From contig JASGJH010000001.1 of assembly GCA_047601445.1 (NCBI GenBank), forward strand, positions 448,001 to 512,000: DNA of 64,000 nucleotides, given 5' to 3'. The DNA comes from Myxococcales bacterium. Lineage in GTDB: Bacteria > Myxococcota_A > Polyangia > Polyangiales > DASUME01. Position numbers and translations under genes: made by a program. Positions within the stretch are counted from its first letter, which is position 1. Each line of letters starts with the position of its first letter. Below are positions 19,756 through 31,349 of the stretch, piece by piece. A model generated the notes under the pieces. The model had not been told where the DNA came from. It saw only the letters and a program-made list of their open reading frames with translations, and searched no databases.

Positions 19756-22700
19756 GTGGCGCTGTTCGGTCGCTATGAGTACGTCGGGGAGCTCGGGCGC
19801 GGGACCACGGGTCGCGTGGTGTTGGCGCTCGACCTTGCGAACGGCGAGGCGCCGCGGGCGCTCAAGGTGGTGGCGGCCGAGCAAGGGGCGCGCTTGCTGT
19901 GGGAGTTCTCGCGCCTGGCGCGCGTGGAGCACCGGCGAGTGGCACGGCTGCGGGAGCTGTTGCGCATCGACAGCGCGGTGGGCGCACCGTTCTCCTTGGC
20001 CGCGGGGTCGCTGGTGTTGGTCGAGGATCGCGCGCCGGGACAGGCGATCGCACGGCTCGCCGCGGCGGCCGAGGGGGAGCCGGGGCGTCATCTAAGGCTC
20101 GGTCTTGCCATCGCACTCGGCGTGGCGGAGGGGCTGGCGGCGGTCCACGAGGCGGGCCTGGTGCACGGCGATGTGAAGCCGGACAACGTGATGTGGGACG
20201 AGGAGCGGGGCGCCACCGTGATCGATCTCGGTTTCGCGCGCGCCGCGAGCGCGCAGGCGGTGGTGCGGGGCACACCGCGTTTCATGGCACCCGAGCTACT
20301 TGCGGGACTCTGTACGCCTGCGGCGGACGTGTTCGCGCTGGGGGCACTGCTCTTCGATTGGCTTCAAGGCGAGGTTTCGGATCATCCATCGAGCCTCGCA
20401 TCGAGCGAGCAGGGGTCGCCCTTCGTGGTGCGCGACGCTGCGGCGCTGAGCGCGAGCTATCCGGAGGATGTGCGGCGGCTGGTCGGGCGATTCTTGGAGC
20501 GTGACCCGGAGTTGCGTCCGGTCGACGGGCGCGCGGCGCTGCACGCGCTGTTGGGGCTGCACCAGGCGCTCGGCTACGCGGTGGACGCTGCCACGCTGCG
20601 CTTCGCAAGTACCGCCGAGTCAGCAACGCCAGGCGAGCGCGCCCAACGTGCGCGCACGCTGCCGTTCGTGGGACAGGGCGAGCCACTGAGCGCGTTGGTG
20701 TCTGCCATCGACGAAGTGCTGCGCGCGCCTGGACCGATGCCGCCGATCCAGCTGGTTGGGCCCCGTGGCGCGGGTCACTCGCGCCTCGTTCGCGAGGCGG
20801 TGCGTGTCGTTCAGGAGCAGCGCGCGCAGGCGGGCATGAGCGTGCCCACCTCGCTCGAGCGGGTCTCCGCGCTCGATAGGCTGCGCGACGTGGATGCGTT
20901 GCTCTGGCTCGAGCGCCCGAGCGCGAGCGAGCTGCGTACCGCGCGGCGCGCCCAGGAGGCGTTTTTCGCCTCGGGACAACACCTGTGTCTGGTCGTGGAA
21001 GGAGCATTGCCGGAGGAAAGCGAGGCGCCGAGAGCGAAGCGGATCGAGCTCGGACCCATGCCGCTGCCCGAGTTCGAGCGCTTGCTGGAGCGGCTGATCG
21101 CGCCCGCACGCAGCGAACGGGTTCGCGAGGCGGCGCGCGCCGCCAGTGCCGGGCTCGCGGGTAACCTGTGCGAGTGCGCGGTCGACGCCTTCCTGAACGG
21201 CAACGAGCTGTCGGACCCGGCGAGCTATCGACCGCGCGCAGGGGCGCTCGACGCCAGGGGCTGGTCGCAGCGTGGACAAGACCTGGCCCTGTGGCTCGCG
21301 TGGACGCAGGGCGCGCCTCATGAGCCCCAGGACATCGCGCTCTCGGCGCGTGCGCTCGGTGGTGAGCAGGGGCTGGAATATGCGTTCGACGAGCTGAGCG
21401 CGCGCGGTGCGCTGGTGGAGAGCGCAGGAGAGGTGTCGCTCCTGCCGGAGCTCGCGCGATCCATCCGCGGTCAAGGAGTGGAGGCCTGGCGTGCGCGCTT
21501 CGCAGCGCTGGCGCCCATCGCACGACTCGAGGGCGCGCCCTTTTTGCAGGCGCTGCTGGGTGAGCGTGGCCTGGCGACGCGACGCTTTGCGAGTCTTGCC
21601 GCGGAGCACCGCCTGCGCGGCCAGCACGAGCTCGCCCGGGTCTTGTTGCACGAGGCGTTGCAGGTGGCCCCGGACGACGCGCTGCGGCTCGAGCTGGCGG
21701 AGCTCGAGCGCAAGCGCGCCCACTACGGGGTCGCGCGCAAGGTGCTTTCGGACGCGGGCGGTTCGGCGGCAGCCTGGATGCGCGCCGAGCTCGCCAGGCT
21801 CGCAGGGGACCGCGAGAGCGCGCGGGCGGCGCTGGTGGATGCCCGAGATGCTCCCTGGCAGGAGCGGGCGCGCGCGTTGCAGGCTCGCTTGGCCTACGAC
21901 GCAGCCGACTTCGAGGGCGCTCGCCGCGAGCTCGTGTCCAGCGGGGATATTCGCGATGCAGAAGCGCGGCTGCGCGCACTCGAGGTGGAGGTCTTGTTGG
22001 CGCTCGGCGAGGGGCGACCCGAGAGCGCGCGCGTACCGGAGTTGGTGGGCGGCGCCGAGCGCCTGGGGAAGGCGCGTCCGTTGGCGCGCGCTCTCTCGTT
22101 GCGCGCCCAGGTGGAGCTCGCGCTGGGTCGGCGGCCGCAAGCCCGCGAGGATTTGCGGCGAGCTCAGCGTGAATCGGAGTCCGCGGGGGAGCTCCACGAA
22201 GCCGCCACCTACGGGATGAACCTGGGGCTGCTCGAGCTCGACGCCGGCAATCTGGGCGAGGCACTCGAGGCGCTGCGGGCCGCGGCTTATTCGCTGGCCT
22301 TCATCGACCGTGCGCAAGACCTCACGCGCGTATTGTTCAACCTGGGGAGTGCAGCCCTCCTGGTGGGCGACGACGAGCGCGCGGATTGGGTGCTGGCCGA
22401 CGCCGAGGGGCGCGCCGCTGCGGGCACGGATCCGGCCGTGCGGGCGTTGATTGCGGTGGCGCGCAGCGAATCGAGCTTGCGACGGGGCGCGGTGGAGCAG
22501 GCCGAGGCTCGGCTCGGCGCCGCGCTCGAACAGCTGCCGAACGGGCTGCCGGCCGTGGAGGCGATCCTCGCGGCGCGCGCCGGGTTGGTGCAGGTGCTGC
22601 GCGGCGAGCGCGCTCGGGCGCTGGCATTGTTGGCGCGGGGGCGAGCGGCGGGTGGAGGTGTCGAGGCAGAGCTCGAGCTGGCCGTGTTGGAGCTGCGTGC

Positions 22701-24522
22701 GAACCTGGCCGCCGGAGACCCGGGGCAGGCGCTGGCGGTCGCGCGGCGCACCGTGGCTGAGGTCGACCGGGGCACGGCGAGTTTCGCTACCAAGACCAGC
22801 GTGCTCTTGGCAGCCGGCGATGCGGCGCGCGCGGCCGGCGATGAGACCCTGGCGTCGGAGTGGACGGGCCGCTGCCGCGCCCTGCTGGAGGTTGCGCTCG
22901 CCGGGCTTCAGCCTGCCTTGCGGGCGAGCATGCGGCGTATCCCGGCCCACGCGCGCGTGCTCGCGGGGCAGCCTACGCCGGGAGCGCCGCTCGATGAACG
23001 CGGTGCCGAGCGCTGGCGCACGTTGGTGAAGGGGGCACGGCGACTGTTCGCGGAGCGCAGGCCGAGCCGCATCGCCCAGCGCGCGGTCGAGCTCGCCCTC
23101 GATCTAGTGCACGCCGAGCGCGCCTTGGTGGTGCTGGAGCAGGCGGGGAGCGCCCTGCGCGTGCTGTCCCGTGCCGAGCTCACCGCGGAGCCGGCGCGCG
23201 AGCTCGGGTTCTCGCAGTCCGTGGTGCGCCGGGTTTGGCTCGATAGTCGGCCCGTGATCTCGCTCGAGGCCGCGCGCGACGAGCGCTTCGATGGGGCCCA
23301 GAGCGTGCACACCTTGAGCGTGCGCTCTGTCTTGGCCGTGCCGTTGCTCGGCTTCCAGGAGCGGGCGGTGCTCTATCTCGACGACCGACTACGTGGCTCC
23401 GCCTTCGGCGCGGACGAACAGGCCTTGCTGACCGATTTGGCCGAACTCACGCGGCAGGCCCTCGGTGCGGGTCAAGCCGTGTTGAAGGAGCAGCGGCGCG
23501 CGCTGCAGTCGGCGCAGCAAGAGAAGCGGCTCTCGCGCCAGCTGGAAGTGCTCGCCGCGCAGCCCGCCCGACCCACGGACGTGCCCTTCATCGGCGCGAG
23601 CAATGCCCTCGCCAGGCTTACCGAGCGCGCCCGCCGCGTGGCCGCTTCCGACGTGCCGATCCTGATCGCCGGCCAGAGCGGCACCGGCAAGGAGCTCCTG
23701 GCGCGCTTCATTCACACCGAGAGTCCCCGTCGCGCCGCGCCCTTCGTGGCCGAGAATTGCGCCGCGCTGCCCGACACGTTGCTGGAGAGCGCGCTGTTCG
23801 GCCACGTGCGTGGTGCCTTCACGGGGGCCGATCGCCCGAGGCGCGGGCTGTTCGAGTCCGCCGACGGCGGCTCGCTGCTGCTCGACGAGGTGGCCGAGAT
23901 GAGCCCGGCGCTGCAGGGCAAGCTGCTGCGCGTGCTGCAAGAAGGCGAGTTTCGTGTGCTCGGCAGCGAGAAGGTACGCAAGGTGGACGTGCGCGTGATG
24001 GCCGCGAGTCACCGAGACCTCGTGCAGCTCGTGCGCGAGGGAAAGTTCCGCGAAGATCTCTATTATCGCCTGGCCGTGGTGACGCTCGAGGTTCCGACCC
24101 TGGCCGAACGACGCGAAGACGTACCGCTCCTGGTGCAGCATTTCGTGCGCAAGTATGCCGGCGAACGAGAGGTGCGGGTCAGCGCCGAGGCCATGCGTCT
24201 CCTGGAGTCGCGCAGCTATCCAGGCAACGTCCGTCAGCTGGAGAACGAGGTGCGGCGCGCGCTCGCTTTGTGCGACGGGACCATGCGCGCCGACCACGTG
24301 GAGGAGCCGCTGGTGCCCGCATCGGAGGCGGGCCGAGCGGGGACACTCGACCTCCACGCTCAGACCGAAGAACTTACGCGCAAGCTCGTCGAGTCGGCCA
24401 TGCAGCGGACCGGGGGCAACGTGAGTCAGGCGGCGCAGCTGCTCGGCATCTCTCGTTTCGGCCTGCAAAAAATCTTGAAGCGCCTCAAGGGCGCGGAACC
24501 GCCGCCGCCTCAGCGAAAGTGA
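19756..24522 (+). CDS. Multidomain sigma54 activator: Ser/Thr kinase, degenerate P-loop, TPR-like region, GAF, AAA+ and Fis-HTH
   Basis: HGDVKPDN/DLG/MAPE; GPRGAGHS; GAF-like SVLAVPL..LYLD; GQSGTGKE, GAFTGA, FREDLYYRL, PGNVRQLEN; GNVSQAAQLLGISR. Confidence 0.88.
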   Translation: MALFGRYEYVGELGRGTTGRVVLALDLANGEAPRALKVVAAEQGARLLWEFSRLARVEHRRVARLRELLRIDSAVGAPFSLAAGSLVLVEDRAPGQAIARLAAAAEGEPGRHLRLGLAIALGVAEGLAAVHEAGLVHGDVKPDNVMWDEERGATVIDLGFARAASAQAVVRGTPRFMAPELLAGLCTPAADVFALGALLFDWLQGEVSDHPSSLASSEQGSPFVVRDAAALSASYPEDVRRLVGRFLERDPELRPVDGRAALHALLGLHQALGYAVDAATLRFASTAESATPGERAQRARTLPFVGQGEPLSALVSAIDEVLRAPGPMPPIQLVGPRGAGHSRLVREAVRVVQEQRAQAGMSVPTSLERVSALDRLRDVDALLWLERPSASELRTARRAQEAFFASGQHLCLVVEGALPEESEAPRAKRIELGPMPLPEFERLLERLIAPARSERVREAARAASAGLAGNLCECAVDAFLNGNELSDPASYRPRAGALDARGWSQRGQDLALWLAWTQGAPHEPQDIALSARALGGEQGLEYAFDELSARGALVESAGEVSLLPELARSIRGQGVEAWRARFAALAPIARLEGAPFLQALLGERGLATRRFASLAAEHRLRGQHELARVLLHEALQVAPDDALRLELAELERKRAHYGVARKVLSDAGGSAAAWMRAELARLAGDRESARAALVDARDAPWQERARALQARLAYDAADFEGARRELVSSGDIRDAEARLRALEVEVLLALGEGRPESARVPELVGGAERLGKARPLARALSLRAQVELALGRRPQAREDLRRAQRESESAGELHEAATYGMNLGLLELDAGNLGEALEALRAAAYSLAFIDRAQDLTRVLFNLGSAALLVGDDERADWVLADAEGRAAAGTDPAVRALIAVARSESSLRRGAVEQAEARLGAALEQLPNGLPAVEAILAARAGLVQVLRGERARALALLARGRAAGGGVEAELELAVLELRANLAAGDPGQALAVARRTVAEVDRGTASFATKTSVLLAAGDAARAAGDETLASEWTGRCRALLEVALAGLQPALRASMRRIPAHARVLAGQPTPGAPLDERGAERWRTLVKGARRLFAERRPSRIAQRAVELALDLVHAERALVVLEQAGSALRVLSRAELTAEPARELGFSQSVVRRVWLDSRPVISLEAARDERFDGAQSVHTLSVRSVLAVPLLGFQERAVLYLDDRLRGSAFGADEQALLTDLAELTRQALGAGQAVLKEQRRALQSAQQEKRLSRQLEVLAAQPARPTDVPFIGASNALARLTERARRVAASDVPILIAGQSGTGKELLARFIHTESPRRAAPFVAENCAALPDTLLESALFGHVRGAFTGADRPRRGLFESADGGSLLLDEVAEMSPALQGKLLRVLQEGEFRVLGSEKVRKVDVRVMAASHRDLVQLVREGKFREDLYYRLAVVTLEVPTLAERREDVPLLVQHFVRKYAGEREVRVSAEAMRLLESRSYPGNVRQLENEVRRALALCDGTMRADHVEEPLVPASEAGRAGTLDLHAQTEELTRKLVESAMQRTGGNVSQAAQLLGISRFGLQKILKRLKGAEPPPPQRK

Positions 24523-25457
24523 TCGAAGCCCGCTGGGAGCGCGACCGGGTTCCCCTGCGTGTCCAGCACCGTGATGCGCGCGTCACCCGCCTCGATGCGT
24601 CCGATGGGGATGCCGAGCTCTGGTGGTACGCGCGTCTGATTGGCCGTGAACAAGAGCTCGTAGTCCTCGCCCCCCGATAGCAGCATCGCTTCGCATGCCA
24701 CGCCGAGCTCCTGCGCCAGCTGCGCCATCCCGGCGGGACGCGGCAATGCGTCGAGTTCGACCACCGCCGAGACTCCCGAGGCCGAGCAAAGATGGTGCAG
24801 GTCTTGTGCGAGTCCGTCGCTCACGTCGATGCAGGCCCGGGCCCGCGCCGCGACTTTCTCCGCGATGTCCAGGCGCGCGCGTGGTCTCAAGAAGCGCGTC
24901 CGACAAGCCTCGAACCGCACATCGGGGGTGGAGCCACGCTGCAGCGCGCGCAGTCCGAGGGCGGCCGCGCCGAGCGGACCCGTGACGAACAACGTGTCGC
25001 CCACGCGCGCGCCGCTGCGCAGCGCCACGGGCCCGTGGCACTCGCCCAACACGGTGGTCGTCAGTGAGAGCTCCCGGCCGCGCGCCAGGTTCCCTCCGAT
25101 GATGGCGCACTCGCAGGTGTCGGCCGCTTCGCGCACCCCGCGGCTCAACTGCTCGAACTCCGCGTCGCTCAGCGCCTCCGGCAAGACCCAGGCGCACAGC
25201 GCTCCGACCGCGCGCCCGCCCATCGCCGCAACGTCGCTCGCGGCCGCCATGAACGCGCGGTAGCCGATGTCCTCGAGCCCCATGAAGGCCCGCGAGAAGT
25301 GCACGCCTTCGACCGCCGAGTCCACCGTCCACACGCCGTTGCGCGAGCTCGGATTGAGTACCGCGGCGTCGTCGCCGATGCCCAGGGCTACCCGTTCACC
25401 CGCGTCGCGTTGGAACCACTTTTGGAGCAGCGCGATGCGCTCGAACTCGCTGGCCAT
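24510..25457 (-). CDS. thiL: Thiamine-monophosphate kinase
   Basis: SEFERI, GIGDDAA, SDVAAMGG, IDVSDGL, GGEDYELL, GFDHF. Confidence 0.94.
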   Translation of the reverse strand: MASEFERIALLQKWFQRDAGERVALGIGDDAAVLNPSSRNGVWTVDSAVEGVHFSRAFMGLEDIGYRAFMAAASDVAAMGGRAVGALCAWVLPEALSDAEFEQLSRGVREAADTCECAIIGGNLARGRELSLTTTVLGECHGPVALRSGARVGDTLFVTGPLGAAALGLRALQRGSTPDVRFEACRTRFLRPRARLDIAEKVAARARACIDVSDGLAQDLHHLCSASGVSAVVELDALPRPAGMAQLAQELGVACEAMLLSGGEDYELLFTANQTRVPPELGIPIGRIEAGDARITVLDTQGNPVALPAGFDHFR

Positions 25458-25496
25458 CGTCTCAGCCTAGCAGGCCGCGACCGAACGAGCGCCACG

Positions 25497-26893
<1,397 letters not shown>

Positions 26894-26897
<4 letters not shown>

Positions 26898-27577
26898 CGC
26901 ACCACCTCGTCGAGCTTGCTGGCCTTGAGACCCAGCTTGTCTACCAGGGTGGCGAGGACCTCCTCCGGATCGAGATGAAACTTGGCCTTCAGCTGGTGTT
27001 CCCGCTCGAGTAGCTCCCAGGTGCCGCGGACCAGGCCGAGGAAGGTCTCCGCGACGCCTACGCCGCGCGTGGCCACGGCCTTGAATACCGGCTCCTTGCC
27101 GCGCTGCGCGAGCTGGTCGATCTCGTCGTCCGGACGGATGTCGGGCAAGTCACGCTTGTTGAACTGGATCAGCAGCGGGATCTTGGCGCTGTCGAGTCCG
27201 TTCTCTTTGAGGTTCTGCTTGAGGTTCACGAACGCAGCGGCGTTGGCCTTGGTCTCGCTACGCTGGGAGTCGGCGATGAACGCCACGCCATCGGCTCCCG
27301 AGAGCACCAGCCGTCGGGTCGCGTTGTGAATGACCTGGCCGGGCACGGTGAACAGCTTCAGGCGCACGGTGAGTCCGCTGCCTGCCGTGAAGCTCAACGG
27401 CAACAGATCGAAGAACAAGGTGCGGTCGTCGCGCGTGTCGAGCGTCATCAAGCGGCCGCGGCCGGTGTGCGACACGAGCTGATGGAGCGCCTGCAGGTTG
27501 GTGGTCTTCCCACTCAGCGCAGGGCCGTAGTAGACGAGCTTGATGGTGAGCTCACGGGCCGCGAAGTCGAGCTGCAA
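26894..27577 (-). CDS. MglA/SofG-like small GTPase
   Basis: KLVYYGPALSGKTTN, RTLFFD, TVPGQV, NKRD; TTG start at 27577 after a GGGGAG SD. Confidence 0.9.
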
Positions 27578-27630
27578 AAACTCCCCCGAGTCGCTCCGGA
27601 AAATGCCGAAATGACCGAGAAATCGTAGCC

Positions 27631-27987
27631 TCAAGGCGCGCGTGCGCGCAATATCGACAAGAGCGTATAGAGCACGAAGAACGCGCTTAGCCCGAACGCG
27701 ATCCACTGGAGACGCTGGCGACCCTTGGGAGGCGGCGAACGGCTCAGGTCGAGGGTCGAGAGCGCCGCGGCCATGACAGCCTCGATTTGCCGGCTCGCGA
27801 CCTGGCTACGTGACGGGTCGGAGTCCCGCACGTGCCTGTAGCGCTGGCCCGCCGTGGGCAGTGCGCCTTGCGTCACACAGAGTGCGATGAAACGCCGATG
27901 CGCCTGGTCGTCGTCCCAATTCGCTTCGAGCTCGGCCCAGGCGCTCTCGATCGGATCCAGCGGCTCCTGTGGGGGGGACTGGGTCAT
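27631..27987 (-). CDS. Small hypothetical protein with C-terminal TM
   Basis: W..L...WDDDQAH..F...C....L..AG.RY pattern, coding-like GC3, terminal hydrophobic helix. Confidence 0.65.
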   Translation of the reverse strand: MTQSPPQEPLDPIESAWAELEANWDDDQAHRRFIALCVTQGALPTAGQRYRHVRDSDPSRSQVASRQIEAVMAAALSTLDLSRSPPPKGRQRLQWIAFGLSAFFVLYTLLSILRARAP

Positions 27988-28157
27988 CAGGGGTGGACTC
28001 AAGGGTAGGGGAAACCTTGGCATTCGTGAATCGGGAGGGCACGCGCCCTCCCGCCCGTCGCGACGAAGCCGCGCCCGGGACCCACCCACCGCGAGGTTCG
28101 CTTCGCTCACGGGGCATCCCGTGGTCAGCAGAAAACCATTCGTGTAGGTTGCGCGCA

Positions 28158-28784
28158 GTGAGCTCGGGAGCACGCGCGGCACGATGTGCTTTCGGTGGGC
28201 TGTTGCTCGCCGTCTTCATGTGCTTTCAGGCCGAGTCTGCGCATGCGGAGCGCGTGGAGAAGCTACTGCTAGGGCCCGAGCTCAGGCTGCGTCCTAGCCG
28301 GGGGCTCTTCGAGGCACCTCGCGAGGAGCTCGCTTTGCCCCACGGCGTGTCCACGGCTCACTCGGATCTGGTGGCCAGGGTAGGCGTCGTGCTGGCGGAG
28401 CGCTCCTCCGAGCTGGCCTTTCCCATCTCCCTCGGCATGCGTTACTTGCCCTTCGACTCACCCGTCCGCCCGCTGCTCGGTGTCGACCTTGGGGGCTACT
28501 TCAGTCAAACCCGTGGGCCGCGGGCGCAGGGCGCCCCGAGCGGACTCGCCTGGACCTGGAGCGCTCGAGGACTGCTCGGGGCCGAGCTGCGCGCCACCCC
28601 TTGGCTCGCGCTGCGGGTCTATGCGGATGCCATGTGGGCTCAAACCCCGGCCTCCTTCGCCATGCGCGACCAGGTGTTCTCCGGACTCGGCGCAGGGGCC
28701 GAGCTCGTGTTTCGCTGGGCACCGCCACGCTGGAAGCTGGTCGACATGGTGCTGCGCGGCGATGATGCGCCGAAGGAGTGGTAG
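28158..28784 (+). CDS. Secreted or outer-membrane beta-barrel-like hypothetical protein
   Basis: Signal peptide ending SAHA; LGMRYLPFDSPVRPLLGVDLGGY amphipathic strands; start uncertain (GTG 28158 follows TAGGTT). Confidence 0.6.
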   Translation: MSSGARAARCAFGGLLLAVFMCFQAESAHAERVEKLLLGPELRLRPSRGLFEAPREELALPHGVSTAHSDLVARVGVVLAERSSELAFPISLGMRYLPFDSPVRPLLGVDLGGYFSQTRGPRAQGAPSGLAWTWSARGLLGAELRATPWLALRVYADAMWAQTPASFAMRDQVFSGLGAGAELVFRWAPPRWKLVDMVLRGDDAPKEW

Positions 28785-29360
28785 TGGCGCGTCGCTCGGG
28801 GTGGATGCTTTCGGTGTGGCTCTGGTCCCTGCCCGCGTGGGGGCAATCGGTGGTCGTCGAGCCGCCACCAGCGGAGCCAAGGCAGCACACCATCGAGGTC
28901 ACCTTCGGCAGCGCACAGCTGTTCAATCATCAGTCCATCCTCGCCAAGAGCGGTCACGTGGAGCGCGAGAATCATCCCGGTTACCTCCGCCCTGCTGATG
29001 CTGGAGTGGTTGGCCCATCCGCGCATCGCGGTGAGTTCGCTCTTCAACCTTCCGCTGACCACCCAGAAGACCGTGGTCGACGGCGCCCTGCGCGAGGAAT
29101 ACGTGGCCCCTTCGGTGGCCCTCGGCGTGCGGGCCACGGCGCTGAGCATCGAGGTCTTCGAAGCGTCCCATCTCGAGCTTCAGTTCGCGGCCCTCGGCGG
29201 AATCACCATCGGCAGTCGCTCCGGGGACCTGGTGTTCCCGCTGGCTGCCACGCGGATCCACTTCTCCAACCCGGGTGGCTTCGCGCTCTACCTCGGGACC
29301 GCCTTTGCGTTCCGCAAGGACACGGTCGCGCTGCTGTACGGTATCGGGCACCGGTTCTAA
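28778..29360 (+). pseudogene. Outer-membrane beta-barrel-like protein split by a +1 frameshift at about 28970 (real lesion or sequencing error)
   Basis: Removing one A from GAGAATC joins the 28778 ORF (signal peptide) to the 28998 ORF, giving 193 aa ending YGIGHRF. Confidence 0.72.
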
Positions 29361-29621
29361 CGAAGCTCGCCAGCCACGTCCGAACCGCGCCGTCCCCGTG
29401 CCCGCTCTCCTCGTCGACGTCCCCCGATAGCTCCCGCGTTTTCGCCCGCAGGCACGCCTACGCAGGGCCTTGAAGCGAGCTTCCAACACGGTTCCACCTG
29501 AAGGGCGTTCAGTGTGTAGGCTGTGGTCCGACATGTAGGAGGTCGTCGTTCAATAATTGCCAGTTAAATCCTGGGCTTATCGGCGATCAGGAAGTTGACG
29601 ACACATCTTTGACCCTGATAG

Positions 29622-29665
29622 GTGGATGAAAGTGGTAAGTTGCGGATCGCCGGGGGGCCCGGTGG
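29622..29665 (+). promoter_or_regulatory. MraZ-binding repeats upstream of the dcw cluster
   Basis: GTGG, GTGG, GCGG, GGGG, GTGG at exact 10-nt spacing (29622, 29632, 29642, 29652, 29662), like known MraZ boxes. Confidence 0.72.
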
Positions 29666-29686
29666 ATCGGACAGGATGGCCGCACA

Positions 29687-30139
29687 GTGTTCCGCGGGCG
29701 CTACGAACACACGATTGACGGGAAGGGGCGAACGTCCCTTCCTGCGCGTTTTCGTGATGTTCTGACGGCCAGCGGGGAGTCCCGGCTGATCGTGACCACG
29801 GGACTCGAGGCCTGTCTGGTCGCGTATCCGCTGCGCGAGTGGGAGGCTTTCGAAGAGCGGCTTTCACGGCTGCCGAGTTTCGACCCGAGCGTGGCGATGC
29901 TGAAGCGCATCTACGTGTCAGGGGCCATCGAATGTGATCTCGACAAGCTCGGCAGACTGCTCTTGCCGAGCACCCTGCGTGACCACGCGGGGATCTCACG
30001 GGAGCTCTTGTTTGCCGGGATGGGCAAGCACATCGAGCTCTGGGACAAGGCGCGCTTCGAGGCCCTGTCTCGCGGGGCGCTCGAAGACGAACTCAAGCGC
30101 GCCGACATGGCCAAGCGCTTGGCGGAGCTCGGATTGTGA
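29687..30139 (+). CDS. mraZ: Transcriptional repressor MraZ
   Basis: FRGRYEHTIDGKGR..LPARFR, DKLGRLLLP..LR, IELW. Confidence 0.96.
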   Translation: MFRGRYEHTIDGKGRTSLPARFRDVLTASGESRLIVTTGLEACLVAYPLREWEAFEERLSRLPSFDPSVAMLKRIYVSGAIECDLDKLGRLLLPSTLRDHAGISRELLFAGMGKHIELWDKARFEALSRGALEDELKRADMAKRLAELGL

Positions 30140-31032
30140 TCGAGTTTGCACACGAGACGGTGCTGCTGAAGGAGGCCGTGGAGGCCATCGCCCCGCGCGA
30201 CGGTGGCGTCTACGTGGACGCTACGCTGGGCGGAGCCGGGCACTCGCGGGCCCTGCTCGAGGCCTGTGGGCCCACGGGCAAGCTGTTCGGGATCGATCGT
30301 GATCCACTGGCGCTCTCGGCGGCTGCTGAGCGGCTCGCGGCATTCGGCCCGCGCGCGACCCTGCTGCGCGGCTCCTTCGGCGACATTCGTGCGCTGCTCG
30401 CGTCGCAGGGCGTGAGCCAGGTGGACGGCATCGTGGCGGATCTGGGCGTGAGCTCGCCCCAGCTCGACCGCGACGAGCGCGGCTTCTCCTTCGCCCGCAG
30501 CGGCCCGCTCGACATGCGCATGGATCCCGAGGACGAGCCGCTCTCGGATTGGCTCGAGCGCATGAGCGCCGACGAGATCGCAGACGTCCTCTATCAGTAC
30601 GGCGATGAGCGCAGGTCACGTCCCATCGCGCGCTCCATCAAGGCCGCGCTCGAGCGCGGTGAACTCACCACCACCGAGGATCTGCGGCGGGCCGTGGTGC
30701 GGGTGCTCGGCCCCAAGCGCACCGGCGTCGATCCTGCGACGCGCACCTTCCAGGCCCTGCGCATCATGGTCAATCGCGAGTTCGAACAGCTCGAGTCGTT
30801 GCTCGGGGCAGCTGCGGACTTGCTGGCCGACGAAGGTCGCCTCGCCATCATCTCGTTCCACTCGGGCGAGGACCGCATCGTGAAGCACACCTTGCGCGAG
30901 AACCCCGAACTCATGGTGCTCACCAAGAAGCCGCTCGAACCGAGCGAGCCAGAGCAGGCGCAGAACCCACGCGCGCGCAGCGCCAAGCTGCGGGTCGCGA
31001 GCCGCGTGGCGCGCGGAAAGGACTCGACATGA
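30136..31032 (+). CDS. rsmH: 16S rRNA m4C1402 methyltransferase
   Basis: HETVLL, DATLGGAGHS, DLGVSSPQLD, ISFHSGEDR, NPRARSAKLR. Confidence 0.96.
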   Translation: MIEFAHETVLLKEAVEAIAPRDGGVYVDATLGGAGHSRALLEACGPTGKLFGIDRDPLALSAAAERLAAFGPRATLLRGSFGDIRALLASQGVSQVDGIVADLGVSSPQLDRDERGFSFARSGPLDMRMDPEDEPLSDWLERMSADEIADVLYQYGDERRSRPIARSIKAALERGELTTTEDLRRAVVRVLGPKRTGVDPATRTFQALRIMVNREFEQLESLLGAAADLLADEGRLAIISFHSGEDRIVKHTLRENPELMVLTKKPLEPSEPEQAQNPRARSAKLRVASRVARGKDST

Positions 31033-31349
31033 AGAGCCATATGAAGAGTCAGTTCCTGGCGCTATGGACGGTGGCCGTGCTCTCCACGGGAGCGGCCTTC
31101 GTGGCTTACCTCGCGCTGCGCTTCGAGACGGTGCGGCTCGGCTACGCGCTCGACAAGGAAAACCAGGAGAACAAGCGGCTCTCCGAGGTCAGGCGCATGC
31201 TCGCTCTGGAGGTCCAGACCTTGCGCGAGCGACAGCGCGTCGCAGTGATCGCCGAGCGCACGCTGGGGATGGCCACGCCGGACAAGACTCGCATCGTCTC
31301 CGTGGAGGGCGCGGCCCTGTCGCGGACCAGCGCCGGGAGGACGCGATGA
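31029..31349 (+). CDS. ftsL: Cell division protein FtsL
   Basis: Single TM plus coiled coil, IA...LGM..P; between rsmH and ftsI. Confidence 0.8.
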   Translation: MKSHMKSQFLALWTVAVLSTGAAFVAYLALRFETVRLGYALDKENQENKRLSEVRRMLALEVQTLRERQRVAVIAERTLGMATPDKTRIVSVEGAALSRTSAGRTR

